From assembly GCF_006345805.1 (NCBI RefSeq), contig NC_043020.1, positions 16,244,001 through 16,308,000 of the forward strand: a stretch of 64,000 nucleotides of DNA, given 5' to 3'. Made by a program: the position numbers and the translations under genes. Positions 25,425 through 38,849 of this stretch are shown here, piece by piece; positions within the stretch are counted from its first letter, which is position 1; each line of letters begins with the position of its first letter. The notes beneath the pieces are model-generated. The model saw nothing but the letters and a program-made list of their open reading frames with translations, ran no database searches and was not told where the DNA came from. Origin of the DNA: Octopus sinensis (Eukaryota).

Positions 25425-25589
25425 TGTTATTAATAATTTAGCCTTAAAAAGTGTGAAAAAACGTATATTGCTGTGAAAGCCATATAAAATCATGGGCAAT
25501 ATTTACGATTTCGCAAATGTGCGGTGGTTTCCACAAATAATTATTAGTTCTGCGAATACTGAACTGCAAATAAGCGGGGGTTCACTGTA
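25425..25589 (-). mobile_element. Tigger-type terminus
   Basis: Minus strand TA|CAGTGAACCCCCGCTTATTTGCAG, typical pogo/Tigger TIR next to TA. Confidence 0.6.
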
Positions 25590-25674
25590 TGTATATATTC
25601 ATATATAAGAAATAAATTAAAAATAATGGTCATTACATATTTTCCCTTTATTGGATCAAACTTGGCTTACAGCT

Positions 25675-26340
25675 GTTTCAAGTAGTCATTATAGGTATAT
25701 TACTAATAAGTTGACTCAATTGGTCTATTGATCAATTGGGGAAAATTGAACGACCTAAAAAAAATTAATGCTGCTTTCATCATCAGAGCCATTTCTTGTT
25801 ATATTGTGTTTAAATCCATGGATTTATAATATAGAATTATAATGAACCACAATCTTGGACTCTAACACAGGATTACCTGAAGTTCTTCACTTAATCTAAG
25901 TAATAGTGTTAGCCTGGTGTGCCAACAGAGATCTTATGAAGTATTTTGCCCAGACTGATAATCCTTCAGTATTTGTTCTATATATATATATATATTCCAG
26001 GGAGTGACAACTTCAAAAAGAAGCTTTTCCTGGCTACTTAGAATAAAGTGTTCAAAAGATAATTCTGAGAGTGAATAAAAACTCTCAAATCCATAACTGT
26101 TCGTCTGACAAAAACATCCTGTTTCACCTATATCTCACTGACAACTAAGTTTGAGAAAGAGGTGATTTACAATGTATGGCAAGAAGGAAAGAAGAAAAGA
26201 AAGAAAAATCACATGTACTCACACGCACACATTCACATACATATATACATATAAAGACATAAATGTACATATATACATTCATATATTCACATAACATACA
26301 CGCACATATTATAAACACACACATACAGATACACATGTGT
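25675..26340. repeat. Right arm of the long inverted duplication
   Basis: Reverse complement of 22430-23180 with scattered substitutions. Confidence 0.9.
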
Positions 26341-26694
26341 GCATCCACAGACATGTGTGTCTGTATGTATATATAGTTATATATAAGTCTAAGTAAAACA
26401 CAAACTCACAAGTGTACATACACATACAATAACACATACACTCACACAACATACGCATGCATACAAACCTTCACTCAAGAATATGCATACGTTTGTACAC
26501 ACACACACATTTGCATGCACACACACACAATGGTTTAATGGTCAAAATTGCAACTAAAGGTGACTGCTGGAAATATTGAAAATGTGTATTAAATAAGGCT
26601 TGTATTAATGGGAGGAAAGAATATAGAATTGACATGGATACATGATGTAAACTTTCAAGCAGACAGCTATCAAAATTACAGATAAGATTATACA

Positions 26695-26858
26695 TAGGCA
26701 AATGAGTGGCTGTGTGGTAAGTAGCTTGCTTACCAACCACATGGTTCTGGGTTCAGTCCCACTGCATGGCACCTTGGGCAAGTGTCTTCTATTATAGTCT
26801 TGGGCCAACCAAAGGCTTGTGAGTGCATTTGGCAGACGGAAACTGAAAGAAGCCCATC

Positions 26859-26933
<75 letters not shown>

Positions 26934-27072
26934 GTGTGTGTGTGTGTGTGTTTGTGTATGTTTGTGTGTCTGTGTTTGTCTCCCCAACATCGTTTGGCAA
27001 CTGATGCTAGTGTGTTTACGTCCCTGTCACTTAGCGGTTCGGCAAGAGAGACTGATAGAATAAGTACTAGGT
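26695..27072 (+). mobile_element. SINE family A, 3' truncated
   Basis: Family consensus match. Confidence 0.88.
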
Positions 27073-27167
27073 AAGGACAAATATAAGTACAAAAATACAT
27101 GTAAATGTTTACATAAGAACACAAATTTTCACAAATACAAAGTACAATAGTGTATGTACACAGATTA

Positions 27168-27546
27168 TTCTTTTATTTTGTTTCAGTCATTGCGGACAAG
27201 CTGGAACACCACCTTTAGTCAAACAAATCTACCCCAGGAGTTATTCTTTGTAAGCCTAGTACTTATCCTATTGGTCACTTTTGCCAAACTGCAAAGTTAT
27301 GGGGATGTAAACACACCAGCATCGCTTGTCAAGCTTTGTTGGGGGGACAAACACAGACACAGACACACAAACACACACATACGACGGGCTTCTTTCAGTT
27401 TCCATCTACCAAATCCACTCACAAGGTTTAGTTTGGCCCGAAGCTATAGAAGAAAACACTTGCCCGAGGTGCCACGCAGTGGGACTGAACCCAGAATCAT
27501 GGGGTTGGTTAGCAAGCTACTCACCATACAGCCACTCCTGCACCTA
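27168..27546 (-). mobile_element. SINE family A, inverted relative to its neighbour
   Basis: Family consensus match. Confidence 0.88.
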
Positions 27547-27599
27547 TTATATATGCAAAGACTATATATACATATAAAGAAACTTGAAACCTTTCACAT

Positions 27600-27970
27600 A
27601 TGCTGTCTGAACAATATCTGCAACACAAAATGGCAAGATAAGATATTAAATGTCAGAATCTTAGTAAAATGTGATCTCTCCCGTATCAAAAGCATGCTGC
27701 TAAGAATTCAATGCAAATAGGTAGGACATGTTTAAATGAAAGATGACAGCATTCTGAAAATTCTTTTGTATGGCCAACAAGTAGAGGGACACCACAGAAA
27801 AGGAAGATCCATCCTTAAGTGTAAAGATAAGTTGAAACAATCATGAAACTCTCTAAAGTCAAATTTGATATCTATGGGGAAAATCGTTGCTTAGATTGAT
27901 GTACATGGTATAAAATGTCATAATGCATCAAAACAATTTGTGTTGAAGAAAGAGAACAGTAAACGAATTA
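27600..27970 (+). mobile_element. Decayed RTE LINE fragment
   Basis: LETFHICCLNNICNTKWQDKILN...IKSMLLRIQCK*VGHV..MKDDSILKILLYGQ..G.HRKGR. Confidence 0.65.
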
Positions 27971-28414
27971 TATTCCACAATCAACAGACACATTTGTCTA
28001 ATTCCAGACAATATCCAGATCATCATTGTTCCCATTCTGACTTCTTAGCAAAATCCATCCCTGGATTCAAATTACATATGGCTGTGTGGTTAGGGAGCTT
28101 GCTTCCTAGCTACATGGTTTCAGGTTCAGTCCCACTGCGTGGCACTTTGGGTAGGTGTCTTCCACTATAGCCCCGAGCCTACCGAAGCTTTGTGATTGAT
28201 ATTCGGCAGGTGGAAGTTACTGCCGTGTGTGTATATGTGCGTGTAGGTGCTTGTGCCTCTCCGAAAGAGAGAGAGAGAGGGATATTCATTGCAAATAGAT
28301 GCAGCTTCTTTTCATCTTTTATTCTTAAAGTTGTTTTTTCTTTGTCTTACTTTCTTCCCTCTTAAATCCTCTCCTTCAAACTCTTCTATGTAAAAATTGA
28401 TGGGGATGATCATC

Positions 28415-28512
<98 letters not shown>

Positions 28513-28514
28513 GA

Positions 28515-28706
28515 CACCATGATAGATCGTTAGCCACTACACACATTTTTTTCTCTCCTTGTTTTTTCTGTGTCCCTTTCTGTAGAAGAGCGTAGGCTCG
28601 AAACGTAAAAGACTTTTTCTATTCCTAAGTGTTATACTAATACATCTGTTTGTTTTGTACACCACCTGTCTTCGTCTTTTGTTGTTTTTTTCATAAACTC
28701 TCCCTA
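28515..28706 (+). mobile_element. Family D hammerhead-bearing mini-element
   Basis: CTTT-CTGTAGA-A-GAGC-GTAG-GCTC-GAAAC-GTA-AAAG; (TA)n on both sides. Confidence 0.72.
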
Positions 28707-29083
28707 TATATATATATATATATATGAAAACTACTGCCATGCAGGGAAAATGAGTGCCCGCCACTGAAGAGATTCAAGAGGATCAAAATCACATGTCTGG
28801 TGTTCTCAAGTTATGATGGCAGGAGTTTACTCTCACTTTTCAATAAACATTGAGTGTGGAAAGTGCACTGAATAAACCAACTGTAGATGTCTTCCTGGGG
28901 TTAAAATTGCAGTATCATCATCTCTTAGAGAATACCCATGTTAAAGTGGGGATGCCCCAGCATGGCCACAGCTCGTGAGCTGAAACTAGATAAAATATAA
29001 AAACATATATACATACATACATACATACATACATACATAATACATACATACATACATATGTACGTACATACATGCATATATAC

Positions 29084-29337
29084 ATATGATTATAGAAGAG
29101 GAGTGAAGAGTTGGTAAGGATGTAAAATTAATTTATTGACATACTTTCAAAATAAAGACAAAATAAATTCAAAGAAAGCCTACATACGTTTCGATTTTTG
29201 AATAATGTAATTATTTATGGTACTGAATCGAAACGTATGTAGGCTTTATTTGACTTTATTTTGTCTTAATTTTGGAAGCACGTTAATAAATTAATTTTGC
29301 ATCCTTACCAACACTCCATTCCTCTTTTTAATCATAT
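29084..29337. repeat. Fold-back carrying a hammerhead 3' half on both arms
   Basis: AAAGCCTACATACGTTTCGATT / AATCGAAACGTATGTAGGCTTT. Confidence 0.85.
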
Positions 29338-29636
29338 TTATACTTATAATAATCCCATACATATCGAAGAGTCTTTCCTCAACGGTGTTGGTGATTAAAC
29401 CAGGGAAATTTGGATATAATAATCACTTATGAGGACAAGACATCGTCGCTCTGACTATCTATATATATCTATATCCTTTAAGTTTGTTTATGGGAAAAGC
29501 TTTTGAGTGCACTCATAAAAGCTCCTATGCTATTTATTCCGGCTTCCACTTATTGTTCACATCTTTCACAGTAATTCTATGGGATGGTCCAATGCATTAA
29601 AGGCTTTATGAATTTCCATCCAAAAGTTCTTGTTAT

Positions 29637-29686
<50 letters not shown>

Positions 29687-29694
29687 GTATGTAT

Positions 29695-30175
29695 TATGTG
29701 CAGATTTGTATGTATTCTCATGCATATAGTTACATATCTAGACATACTCATATATGTTTAAATGATAAACTTCTGTGAAGTTTTACAGATTTTTACAGCT
29801 CCAGTGATGAATTGAATATGTAGTCTTCGAATTAGCTTTCTCCTTTCTGGTTTTGAGTATCCTAATTTCTCAAGATTGGTATTTAGGTAGTGTGTTACAT
29901 ATCCCAGAGCCCCAATAATTACAGGTATAAATCGGAACTTGTAATCTGGATAGAGTAACTGCAGATTTCTCAATAGTTCAGCATAGGTGTTCTCTTTTTA
30001 ATTTATCTTCAGCTTTATGTTAACATCTGCTGGGCAGCTAATTTCCACAACTGTTTCTCTTCTCTTTCCCAAATCATTATATCAGGTCTGCTGTGCTTAC
30101 ATTTTATTGAGGTCTTCACTGATACATTCCACCAGTATTCCTTTTCATTATGAATGGCTATAGTTTCTACCATTA
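29695..30175 (-). mobile_element. R4/Dong-like non-LTR retrotransposon 3' end (restriction-like endonuclease)
   Basis: WWNVSVKT..KCKHSRPDIMIW...VEISCPADVNI...KENTY..L...FIPVIIGALG (PD..E..K REL motif); flanked by (ATGT)n. Confidence 0.82.
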
Positions 30176-30323
30176 TGTATGTATGTATGTATGTATGTAT
30201 GTATGTATGTATGTATGTATGTATGTATGTATGTATGTATGTATATGGGTGTGTGCATGTATGGGTTTTTGCCTTCTCACCTTGACATTGCATTATAGCT
30301 GTAAACAAGCATCCCCCTTTTCA

Positions 30324-30500
30324 CAGTGGTTTCTAACCCTTTTTATTTAAATGAATTTTCCTATTGACCTCTTTTAATGTGCTTATCCTTATGTATATGT
30401 TTACATATTATGAAATTTTGAATTTAGTTCACAGACCCCCCCTCCCGTACTACATTTGTGAACCACCAGGGCTCCGTAGACTCCAGGTTGGGAACCACTG
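30324..30500. mobile_element. hAT/Charlie-like MITE
   Basis: TIRs CAGTGGTTTCTAACC / GGTTGGGAACCACTG; no TSD recognisable. Confidence 0.65.
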
Positions 30501-31310
30501 ATATAAGCAGTGTCATTCATTTTTAACCTTTCTCCCAAACATTGTCTGGTCTTGGGGAATGCAACCTTGTTTAAAAACATGTGATAGTTGATTACAGAAA
30601 GGGTATCTGGCCATAGAAAATCTGCCTCAATGAATTCTACCTGATTCAAACAAGCCAAGAAATGTGTACATTAAAACAATGAGGATGATGATGGCAATGA
30701 GGATGATGATGTTTGTTAAGCATACAGCCCAGTCCCAATAACCCATGACAAGACTGTCATAGGAGACCATGATAAATGGTGCAGAAGTGAAAGTAGAATG
30801 GTACGTGAAAAAGGAAATGGAGAAATCTTCTAACAATGCAGAAAGGAAAATTGAAACATATGAGATGAAAACGGGGCCACTGCCCATCAGGCTATCCAAA
30901 AGGCAGGATCCACGTTGACACATATTTCTTTGACTGTACTCTTCTGCAGATGGGCCTTTGTGCCAAAATATATAAAGGGTTTACAACTTTGATTTCTGCA
31001 GTTTGAAGCTTCCCCCATTTCTCTTTTCATTTATTATTCTGATTCTGTACTACAATGCTTCAAGTGAACTACAACACTCTTCTGTCCAGATATGATTATC
31101 AAGAATTGAAATGAAAACCCCTGAACTTTTATATAAATTACAATCTGTTTTGAGTAAAATGTTACCCAGATGGAAATGGAAAAACTGACAAAACACAAAG
31201 ATCTTGAAATTTGAAAAAATGCAAGATGTACCATACGAGTGAGATTGTCGCCAGAGCAAGAAGCTGACTTCCATGCTGATGGCACGTAAAAACACCATTC
31301 GAGCGTGATT

Positions 31311-31730
31311 ACAGGCGCAGGAGTGGCTGTGTGGTAAGTAGCTTGCTAACCAACCACATGGTTCCGGGTTCAGTCCCACTGCGTGGCAACTTGGGCAAGT
31401 GTCTTCTGCTATAGCCCCGGGCCGACCAATGCCTTGTGAGTGGATTTGGTAGATGGAAACTGAAAGAAGCCCGTCGTATATATCTATATATATATATGTG
31501 TGCGTGTATGTTTGTGTGTCTGTGTGTGTCCCCCTAGCATTGCTTGACAACCGATGCTGGTGTGTTTACGTCCCCGTTACTTAGCGGTTCGGCAAAAGAG
31601 ACCGATAGAATAAGTACTGGGCTTACAAAAGAATAAGTGCCGGGGTCGAGTTGCTCGACTAAAGGCGGTGCTCCAGCATGGCCGCAGTCAAATGACTGAA
31701 ACAAGTAAAAGAGTAAAAGAGTAAAGAGTA
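31311..31730 (+). mobile_element. SINE family A, young full-length copy
   Basis: CpGs retained; (AAAAGAGT)n tail. Confidence 0.93.
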
Positions 31731-31996
31731 TAAATATTGTAGTAATAGGTTCAAGCATCGCTGTGTGGTAAGAAGCTTACACGTCAACCACATGGTTTCA
31801 GGTTCAGTCCTATTGCATGGCAATTTGGGCCAGTGCTTTCTGCTATAGCCCTGGGCCAATCAAAGCCTCTTGAGTGGATTTAATAGATGGTAACTGAAAG
31901 AAGCCCTTTATATACACATGTGAGTGTGTTTGCATGTCTTTGGCTTTGTGTTTGTCCTCTACCAATACTTGACAACTGGTGTTGGCCTGTTTATAT

Positions 31997-32465
31997 CATC
32001 ATCATCCTCATCATCGTTTAACGTCCACTTTCCATGCTAGAATGGGTTGGATGATTTGACTGAGGTCTGGCGGACCAGACAGCTGCACCAGACTCCAATC
32101 TGATCTGGCAGAGTTTCTACAGCTGGAAGCCATTCCTAACGCCAACCACTCCGAGAGTTTAGTGGGTGCTTTTATGTGCCACCGGCACGAGGGCCAGTTA
32201 GGTGGTACTGGCAATGGCCACACTCAAATGGTGCTTTTTATGTGCCACCTGCACAGGAGCCAGTCCAGTGACACTGGCAACGACCTCACTTGAATGTTTT
32301 TTTACCCGTACCACCAGCACAAGTACTAGTAAGGCGACACAGGTAACGATCACACTCGAATGGTGTTTTTACGTGCCATCAGCATGGAGGCCAGCTTCTT
32401 GCTCTGGCTCGTATGGTACTCTTAGCACTCCACTAGCATGGATGCCAGTCATTGAATTTGATTTC
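31997..32465 (-). mobile_element. Family C repeat with internal tandem subunits, nested in a SINE A
   Basis: TTTTATGTGCCACC-like subunit x4; SINE A halves at 31746-31995 and 32470-32636. Confidence 0.78.
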
Positions 32466-33120
32466 GATAAGTAATTTAACAGTTTGGCAAAAGAGACTTA
32501 TAGAATAAGTACCAGGCTTAAAAATTTGTTTGACTGTAAACCCTTCAAGGCTGTGGCCCCTTTGTTTGAGTGAAAGCCTTCAAAGTAGTGCCTCAGCATG
32601 GCCACAGTCTAATGACTGAAACAAGTAAAAGACAAAAGCTAAGCATTAATGCTCCAGCTGTCCCAGTCATAAAATATTGCTAGAATATTCTTAAGTGGAC
32701 CCTTGATGAAGTAGAAAGAACATTTAGAAAATCCAGAAAAATAAATGTGACATTGAGAATAAATACACCATAATTGTACACAGAATGATTATATTTACCA
32801 TGAAATGAATTACAAAAAGTGGTGGTGTTAGGCAACAAGAAATCTATTATAAAATATTTACTGTAGGACAAGAAAAATATCTAATAAATAACAATGAAAA
32901 ACACACAGATAGTTTCAAAAACAGGAAGGAAAGAAACAACTGTCTTCTGCCTTCAAGGAAGCCAGTAATTAGAAAAGAGAGGCTGGTGTGATGGACAGTT
33001 ATGAGGAAGAAGGAGAAGCAATAAAAATTGCATGGAAGAAATGTTTGGTTAAAACAATGGCAAGAGAATGGCCTATAGCTGGAAAAAGAACTGTAAAGGG
33101 TGGAAAAAGACAAAGAAACA

Positions 33121-33738
33121 TTCTTTTCTACTCTAGGCACACGGCCCGAAATTTTGGGGGAGGGGGCCAGTTGAGTAGATCGACCCCAGTATGCAACTGG
33201 CACTTAATTTATTGCCCCCCGAAAGGATGAAAAGCAAACTCGACCTCAGCAGAATTTGAACACAGAATGTAAAGACAGATGAAATACCACTAAGCATTTC
33301 GCCTGGTGTACTACCATTTCTTATTTCTTTATTGCCCACAAGGGGCTAAACATAGAGAGGACAAACAAGGACAGACAAAGGGATTAAGTCGATTACATCG
33401 ACCCCAGTGCATAACTGGTACTTAATTTATCGACCCCAAAAGGATGAAAGACAAAGTCGACCTCGGCGGAATTTGAACTCAGAACGTAATGGCAGATGAA
33501 ATACCTATTTCTTTACTACCCACAAGGGGCTAAACACAGAGGGGACAAACAAGGACAGATAAACGGATTAAGTCGATTACATCAACTCCAGTGCGTAACT
33601 GGTACTTAATTTATCGACCCCAAAAGGATGAAAAGCAAAGTGACCTCAATGGAATTTGAACTCAGAACTTAATGACAGATGAATTACCACTAAGCATTTC
33701 ACCCGGCATGCTACCATTTCTGCCAGCTCGCCACCTTA
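33121..33738 (-). mobile_element. Three head-to-tail SINE family B units
   Basis: Core ACTGGTACTTAATTTATCGACCCC recurs at about 33195, 33414 and 33598. Confidence 0.88.
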
Positions 33739-33954
33739 ACGACAAAGCTCTGCCTATGAAGTACAGGAATAAAAATTGAGACTGAAGGGTTCTTGATTGT
33801 GGAGATACAGTATACATTAAATGACCACAGAGTATGAAGCGATTGAGGAGAAATAATTGACTATATTGGGACAGAAGCACAAAACAGTAATTTATATAAA
33901 TATAAACTTGTTACCAATCTGAATATATCTGAGACAGAGTCAAACATAAGGAGG

Positions 33955-34655
33955 TCATTCTCTGCATTTTGTTATGGTGAAAAATTCTTGCTGTAGACTA
34001 AAAAGCTCCAATTCAGTGTGACCTCTACCTAGATTGATGGAAGCATGCATTTTGGAGTACTTATCTCATCATCGGTATCAAACACTGGAAATAGAGGCAA
34101 CTCTAAACTGACTACAACGGTCATCGTCATCATCATTATCATCTGGTCAAGCTTGTTCAGAGATTTTTGACCCACACATGCCATCCATCTCAGTCCTGCA
34201 TTAGTTGAAGGAGGTCTTGAGGGAGGCATCCAGTGTCTCAGGGGAGTTGATCTGCATATGCTGTGTTCAGATGACCAGCTAGAGTACTACAGCCACGCTT
34301 TGGCTAGATTCCAATCAAAATATATTGATGGTGTTAACCAACTGCCTGACCATCGTAAAATATCGATTGAAAGTGAAAGCAGTGGTTTGAATATGCCTGA
34401 GACATATACAAACCCATAAGATAGTCATTCACTACATTTTTTCATGGAGAAAAATTCTCCCTATAGTGAAATCTAATAAGAGAATCCTGGTCTTGTAGTC
34501 AATTCAGTCACCTCTATTTCCAATGTTTGATGCTGAAAATAAGGTAAGCACTTCGAAATGCAGTCATCCATTAATCTAGGTAAAAGGTGCTTTGAACTGA
34601 CTTGGTGTGTTTATACTGTTTTATCTACAGTAAAGATTTTTCTCCATGGCAAAAT
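33955..34655. repeat. Diverged inverted repeat (33955-34120 vs 34490-34655) with degenerate hammerhead-like motif
   Basis: ACCTAGATTGATGG...TCAAACACTGGAAATAGAGG mirrored by CCTCTATTTCCAATGTTTGA...CCATTAATCTAGGT. Confidence 0.7.
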
Positions 34656-35920
34656 GCAGTGACTGAAGATAGAAAGAATAGGTAATAGGTGTATGTATAT
34701 ATATATTTCAGGAATCCTTGTATTTTCATCAGTATCACATCCTACCCATAAGCCATCCACAAACACGTTGCTCAAATAACCACTAAAGTATTTAGTGGTG
34801 TAATACAACTGGATATACCAATTTTACATATTTGAGCATATGTCTTGAACATATTTGAACATAGGCGTAGGAGTGGCTGTGTGGTAAGTAGCTTGCTTAC
34901 CAGTCACATGGTTCCGGGTTCAGTCCCACTGCGTGGCACCTTGGGCAAGTGTCTCCTACTACAGGCTCAGGCCAACCAAAGCCTTGTGAGTGGATCTGGT
35001 AGACGGAAACTGAAAGAAGCCTGCCGTATATATGTATATATATGTGTGTGTGTGTATGTTTGTGTGTTTGCTTTTGTCCCCCCAACATCGCTTGACAACT
35101 GATGCTGGTGTGTTTATATCCCCGTAACTTAGCAGTTTGGCAAAAGAGACTGATAGAATAAGTACTAGGATTACAAAGAATAATTCCTGTGGTCGATTTA
35201 CTCGACTAAAGGTGGTGCTCCAGCATTGCCACAGCCACATGACTGAAACAAGTAAAAGAGTATGTAACAAGTTTATAATCAACCATATTGCTTCTGGCTG
35301 TCCTGTTTAGCCAAGAGAAAACTCTTCTCCAAGTATGACAGATTTGGTGGGGGTGCTATCACATACAGGAAACTATGCTGGCATTATGGAATTCCAACAG
35401 GAACTGTTTCAGAGAAGGGTAAAGAGATCATAGTCTGGGGTGTGTTGTTCCATACAGGCAAGGAAATCTATGAAAATTGACTAGTTGTTGTTTTCAAGGT
35501 TAACCAGTAAAAGAAGTAACCTCTGTATCAAAGCAGTGATCATAATGTCCAACAATGTATTTCCAAAAGAAATAGAGAAATTGTCAAAATATATATCCAG
35601 ATCTTAAAGTAAATATTAGATATAGCCAAAAACATGGGGACTGAAAATGAAGGCAATTCCAACTATACTAAGTTATCTCTTCAGATTTTCTATAGAAATT
35701 AGAGCCAGCTCTGAGTTACATTTCACATACAAATATGCCTATGTAAACAATGTGAGTGAAGATAGAAAGAATAGGTAATGGGTGTATGTATATATATATT
35801 TCAGGAATCCTTGTATTTTCATCAGTATCACATCCTACCCATAAGCCGTCCACAAACACATTGCTCAAGTAACCACTAAAGTATTTAGTGGTGTAATACA
35901 ACTGGATATACCAATTTTAA
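34655..35920. repeat. Direct duplication of ~170 bp (34655-34830 and 35755-35920)
   Basis: TGAAGATAGAAAGAATAGGTAAT...CAACTGGATATACCAATTTTA present twice, near identical. Confidence 0.9.
34861..35262 (+). mobile_element. SINE family A
   Basis: Family consensus match. Confidence 0.9.
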
Positions 35921-36323
35921 ATATTAAATACATTCTTGATAACTGACACATCATCATCATTGTTTAACATACATATTAATTGTTGGTAGATACACCGCAT
36001 TTCATTATTCAATCATAATATACTACCAAGTATATTAAAAGCATTTAGTCAATAACGTGTCCTACTATGTTAGCAATTAGTACGTACATAGTATACTAAG
36101 TATGATGGGAAAGATTTAAAACATATTTAACCAAAACCCAAGAAGTTACAACTACAGAGAAAATAGCAGTAGAAGGTGGTACATTGTTAGTTTGAATACA
36201 ATAGAAATGGGAGGTCATAACAAAAGATTGCACTACTTAAGTTGCACTGAACTGCACTTGGCAGTGCAAGGGATGTCTGCAATAAAAATATAAGAAAATA
36301 ATTTAATGTACCAATCAAAAATG

Positions 36324-36536
36324 CTATAAAGTCACTTCTTGTATGCCATTAATTCTGAAACTCAAGGAGGAAATGTTTGTGCAGAGGGAGCCCATGTGGG
36401 AGGTAGAAAAATATCGAAACTTTCTTCTCTTCTCAAATTTTGTTGTCTTTGATGAACATAACAGTGTGATTGACATAGCCCATTCCTCTGTTTTGCTCTG
36501 AGCCAGAAGACTTTCAGTCGTATCTTCGAACAATGT
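36324..36536 (-). other. Candidate terminal exon of an unidentified minus-strand gene
   Basis: Pyrimidine tract then TTAG|ACATTG acceptor on minus; non-repetitive sequence; no recognisable protein. Confidence 0.2.
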
Positions 36537-37248
36537 CTAATTTATTACACACAAAAATAGAGAGAAACAAATTCAATGAAACAAACAGCAGAGGAAAAAG
36601 CTGAGTTTTTCCATTAGTTTTTATTGTTGTTGCAGGAGTTATTATTGCTGTATCTTTTGTTGTTTGCTATTTAAAGGAGGAAGGTTATTGAATACTATTT
36701 AACAAGCAGACATTTTGTTTGACAAAACAGAAACAGAAGGTAAAGAAGCAAACCAGAGAAAAGAAAGATAAGTCCAAGTTTGAATTCAAGAAACAAAAAA
36801 TGAAAACGGTAAATAAATGTCTGTTGTATATCAAATTAACTAGATTTTATTTCGTGCAATACTATATTGACAGTTACAAAAAAATATGTCTAATTTCTAG
36901 AGAGGAAGGACGGGCTTTGTTTGGCGGTTTCATATTTTTATGGTTTTTGTTTTCAGTTTTTGCTTTATTTTGGTTTTGTTTTCCACTCCACTTTCAAATT
37001 CTGAACATTTCTAAACTATTTGGAAATATTTGAGAATTATTTTGATAGGAGAAGTATCTAGCAAGTATTTACTGTCAATACATGTGACTTTGATATAAAA
37101 CTGGTGTATGCTAGCTGCTTATATTCATTTTACATTGTATAATAAGCCATTAACAAGTAATACTCCAAAATACACACAATCCAAATATATATATGTATGT
37201 ATGTATATATATATAATATATATATATATATAATATACATACCTATAC

Positions 37249-37338
<90 letters not shown>

Positions 37339-37415
37339 CATATATGTATCTATTTATATATCTATCTACATATATATATAATATATATGTGTGTGTGTAT
37401 ATATATATATATATA

Positions 37416-37448
<33 letters not shown>

Positions 37449-37923
37449 TACTTCAACAGACTGGTGTATATTTACAACAATACACTACATATCTATACAT
37501 GTATTACTTCTATTTCTGATCTCATATTAAATATGACTGTTATCTACTATTCATTCATTTAATGTTTAGCACAACAGATTTGAATACCCACAGTATATTA
37601 CTGTATATATATCACATGTCTGCATACATATGTACACACACATATATATGTATCAACAATACAACGCAATAATATAATGTTCACTAAGCTACGGTTTCAC
37701 TACCCAAACTACACCACTGTATTATAAGTGTTTAATGTGGAATATAAAATAAAAAGAAATTAATATACTGTGAAGGAAAGGGAAAGAGACATTTTATGAT
37801 ATATGGAAGACCATATCAGAATTTAAAGGGTGCACATACCAGACACACACATATTTATATGCATATATCACTCAGTAGTTCTTATATCCTGAAAAGAAGC
37901 ACGTTCTAAAACATTACAGTAGT

Positions 37924-38048
37924 AATATTTAGAAGGTTGTTTGTTATGGTCAGTCAGAGAGTGACCATTGGTTTTGTACTTATACAGCTAAGTGCCTTAT
38001 AAGTGTGAAACCAATGACCACCAGCCATAATAAACAACCTTCAAATAT
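37924..38048. repeat. Imperfect hairpin next to (TA)n
   Basis: GAAGGTTGTTTGTTATGG / CCATAATAAACAACCTTC. Confidence 0.75.
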
Positions 38049-38063
38049 ATATATATATTTATT

Positions 38064-38122
<59 letters not shown>

Positions 38123-38126
<4 letters not shown>

Positions 38127-38326
38127 AGAGTTTATGAAAAAGGCAAAAGACGAAGACAGGTGGTGTACAAAACAAACAAATGTATTAGTATAATGCTCAG
38201 GAATAGAAAAAGTCTTTTACGTTTTGAGCCTACGCTCTTCTACAGAAAGGGACACAGAAAAAACAAGGAGAGAAAAAAAAGGAGAGAAAAAAACGTGTGT
38301 AGTGGCTAACGATCTATCATGGCGAC
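38123..38326 (-). mobile_element. Family D mini-element, reverse copy
   Basis: CTTTTACGTTTTGAGCCTACGCTCTTCTACAGAAAG; (TA)n on both sides. Confidence 0.72.
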
Positions 38327-38424
38327 TATATATATATATTATATATATATATATATATTATATATATATATATGTATGTATGTATGTATATATATATGTA
38401 TGTATATATATATGTATGTATATA

Positions 38425-38465
<41 letters not shown>

Positions 38466-38849
38466 TGTATATATATATGCATAAGTATGTATATGTATGT
38501 ATATACATATACATATATATCAGCGGTACAGATAACAGGGGGGGCAAGGAGAGTGACCACTCCCCACTGGCACATTTCTCAAAAATTGGCACCTTTACAA
38601 CAATTTTTTTATCTCTATAGTTACCAGAATCAGTAGTCATAAGCTTCATACAAAATGACTTTATTACTAAAACATGAAATTAATGAATGTAAAATTCAAT
38701 TATGTAATGAAATGTAATGAAATGTAATGAAATATTTCATGTATTATAAGAAAAATGGGTTTAAAATTGTTTCGCATGTGTCAGAGGGCCTTTTTGTCAT
38801 GTGTTTGCTCTTCCTTAGCTTTAGAACCTGAATAAGCTTCTGGTATATA

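Noticed and set aside
30770-30980. Short plus-strand ORF MINGAEVKVEW...
   Set aside because: More like a decayed RTE 3' end; too weak to annotate.
35330-35480. Tc1-like IIVWGVLFHTGK peptide
   Set aside because: A single short motif without TIRs or other catalytic motifs.
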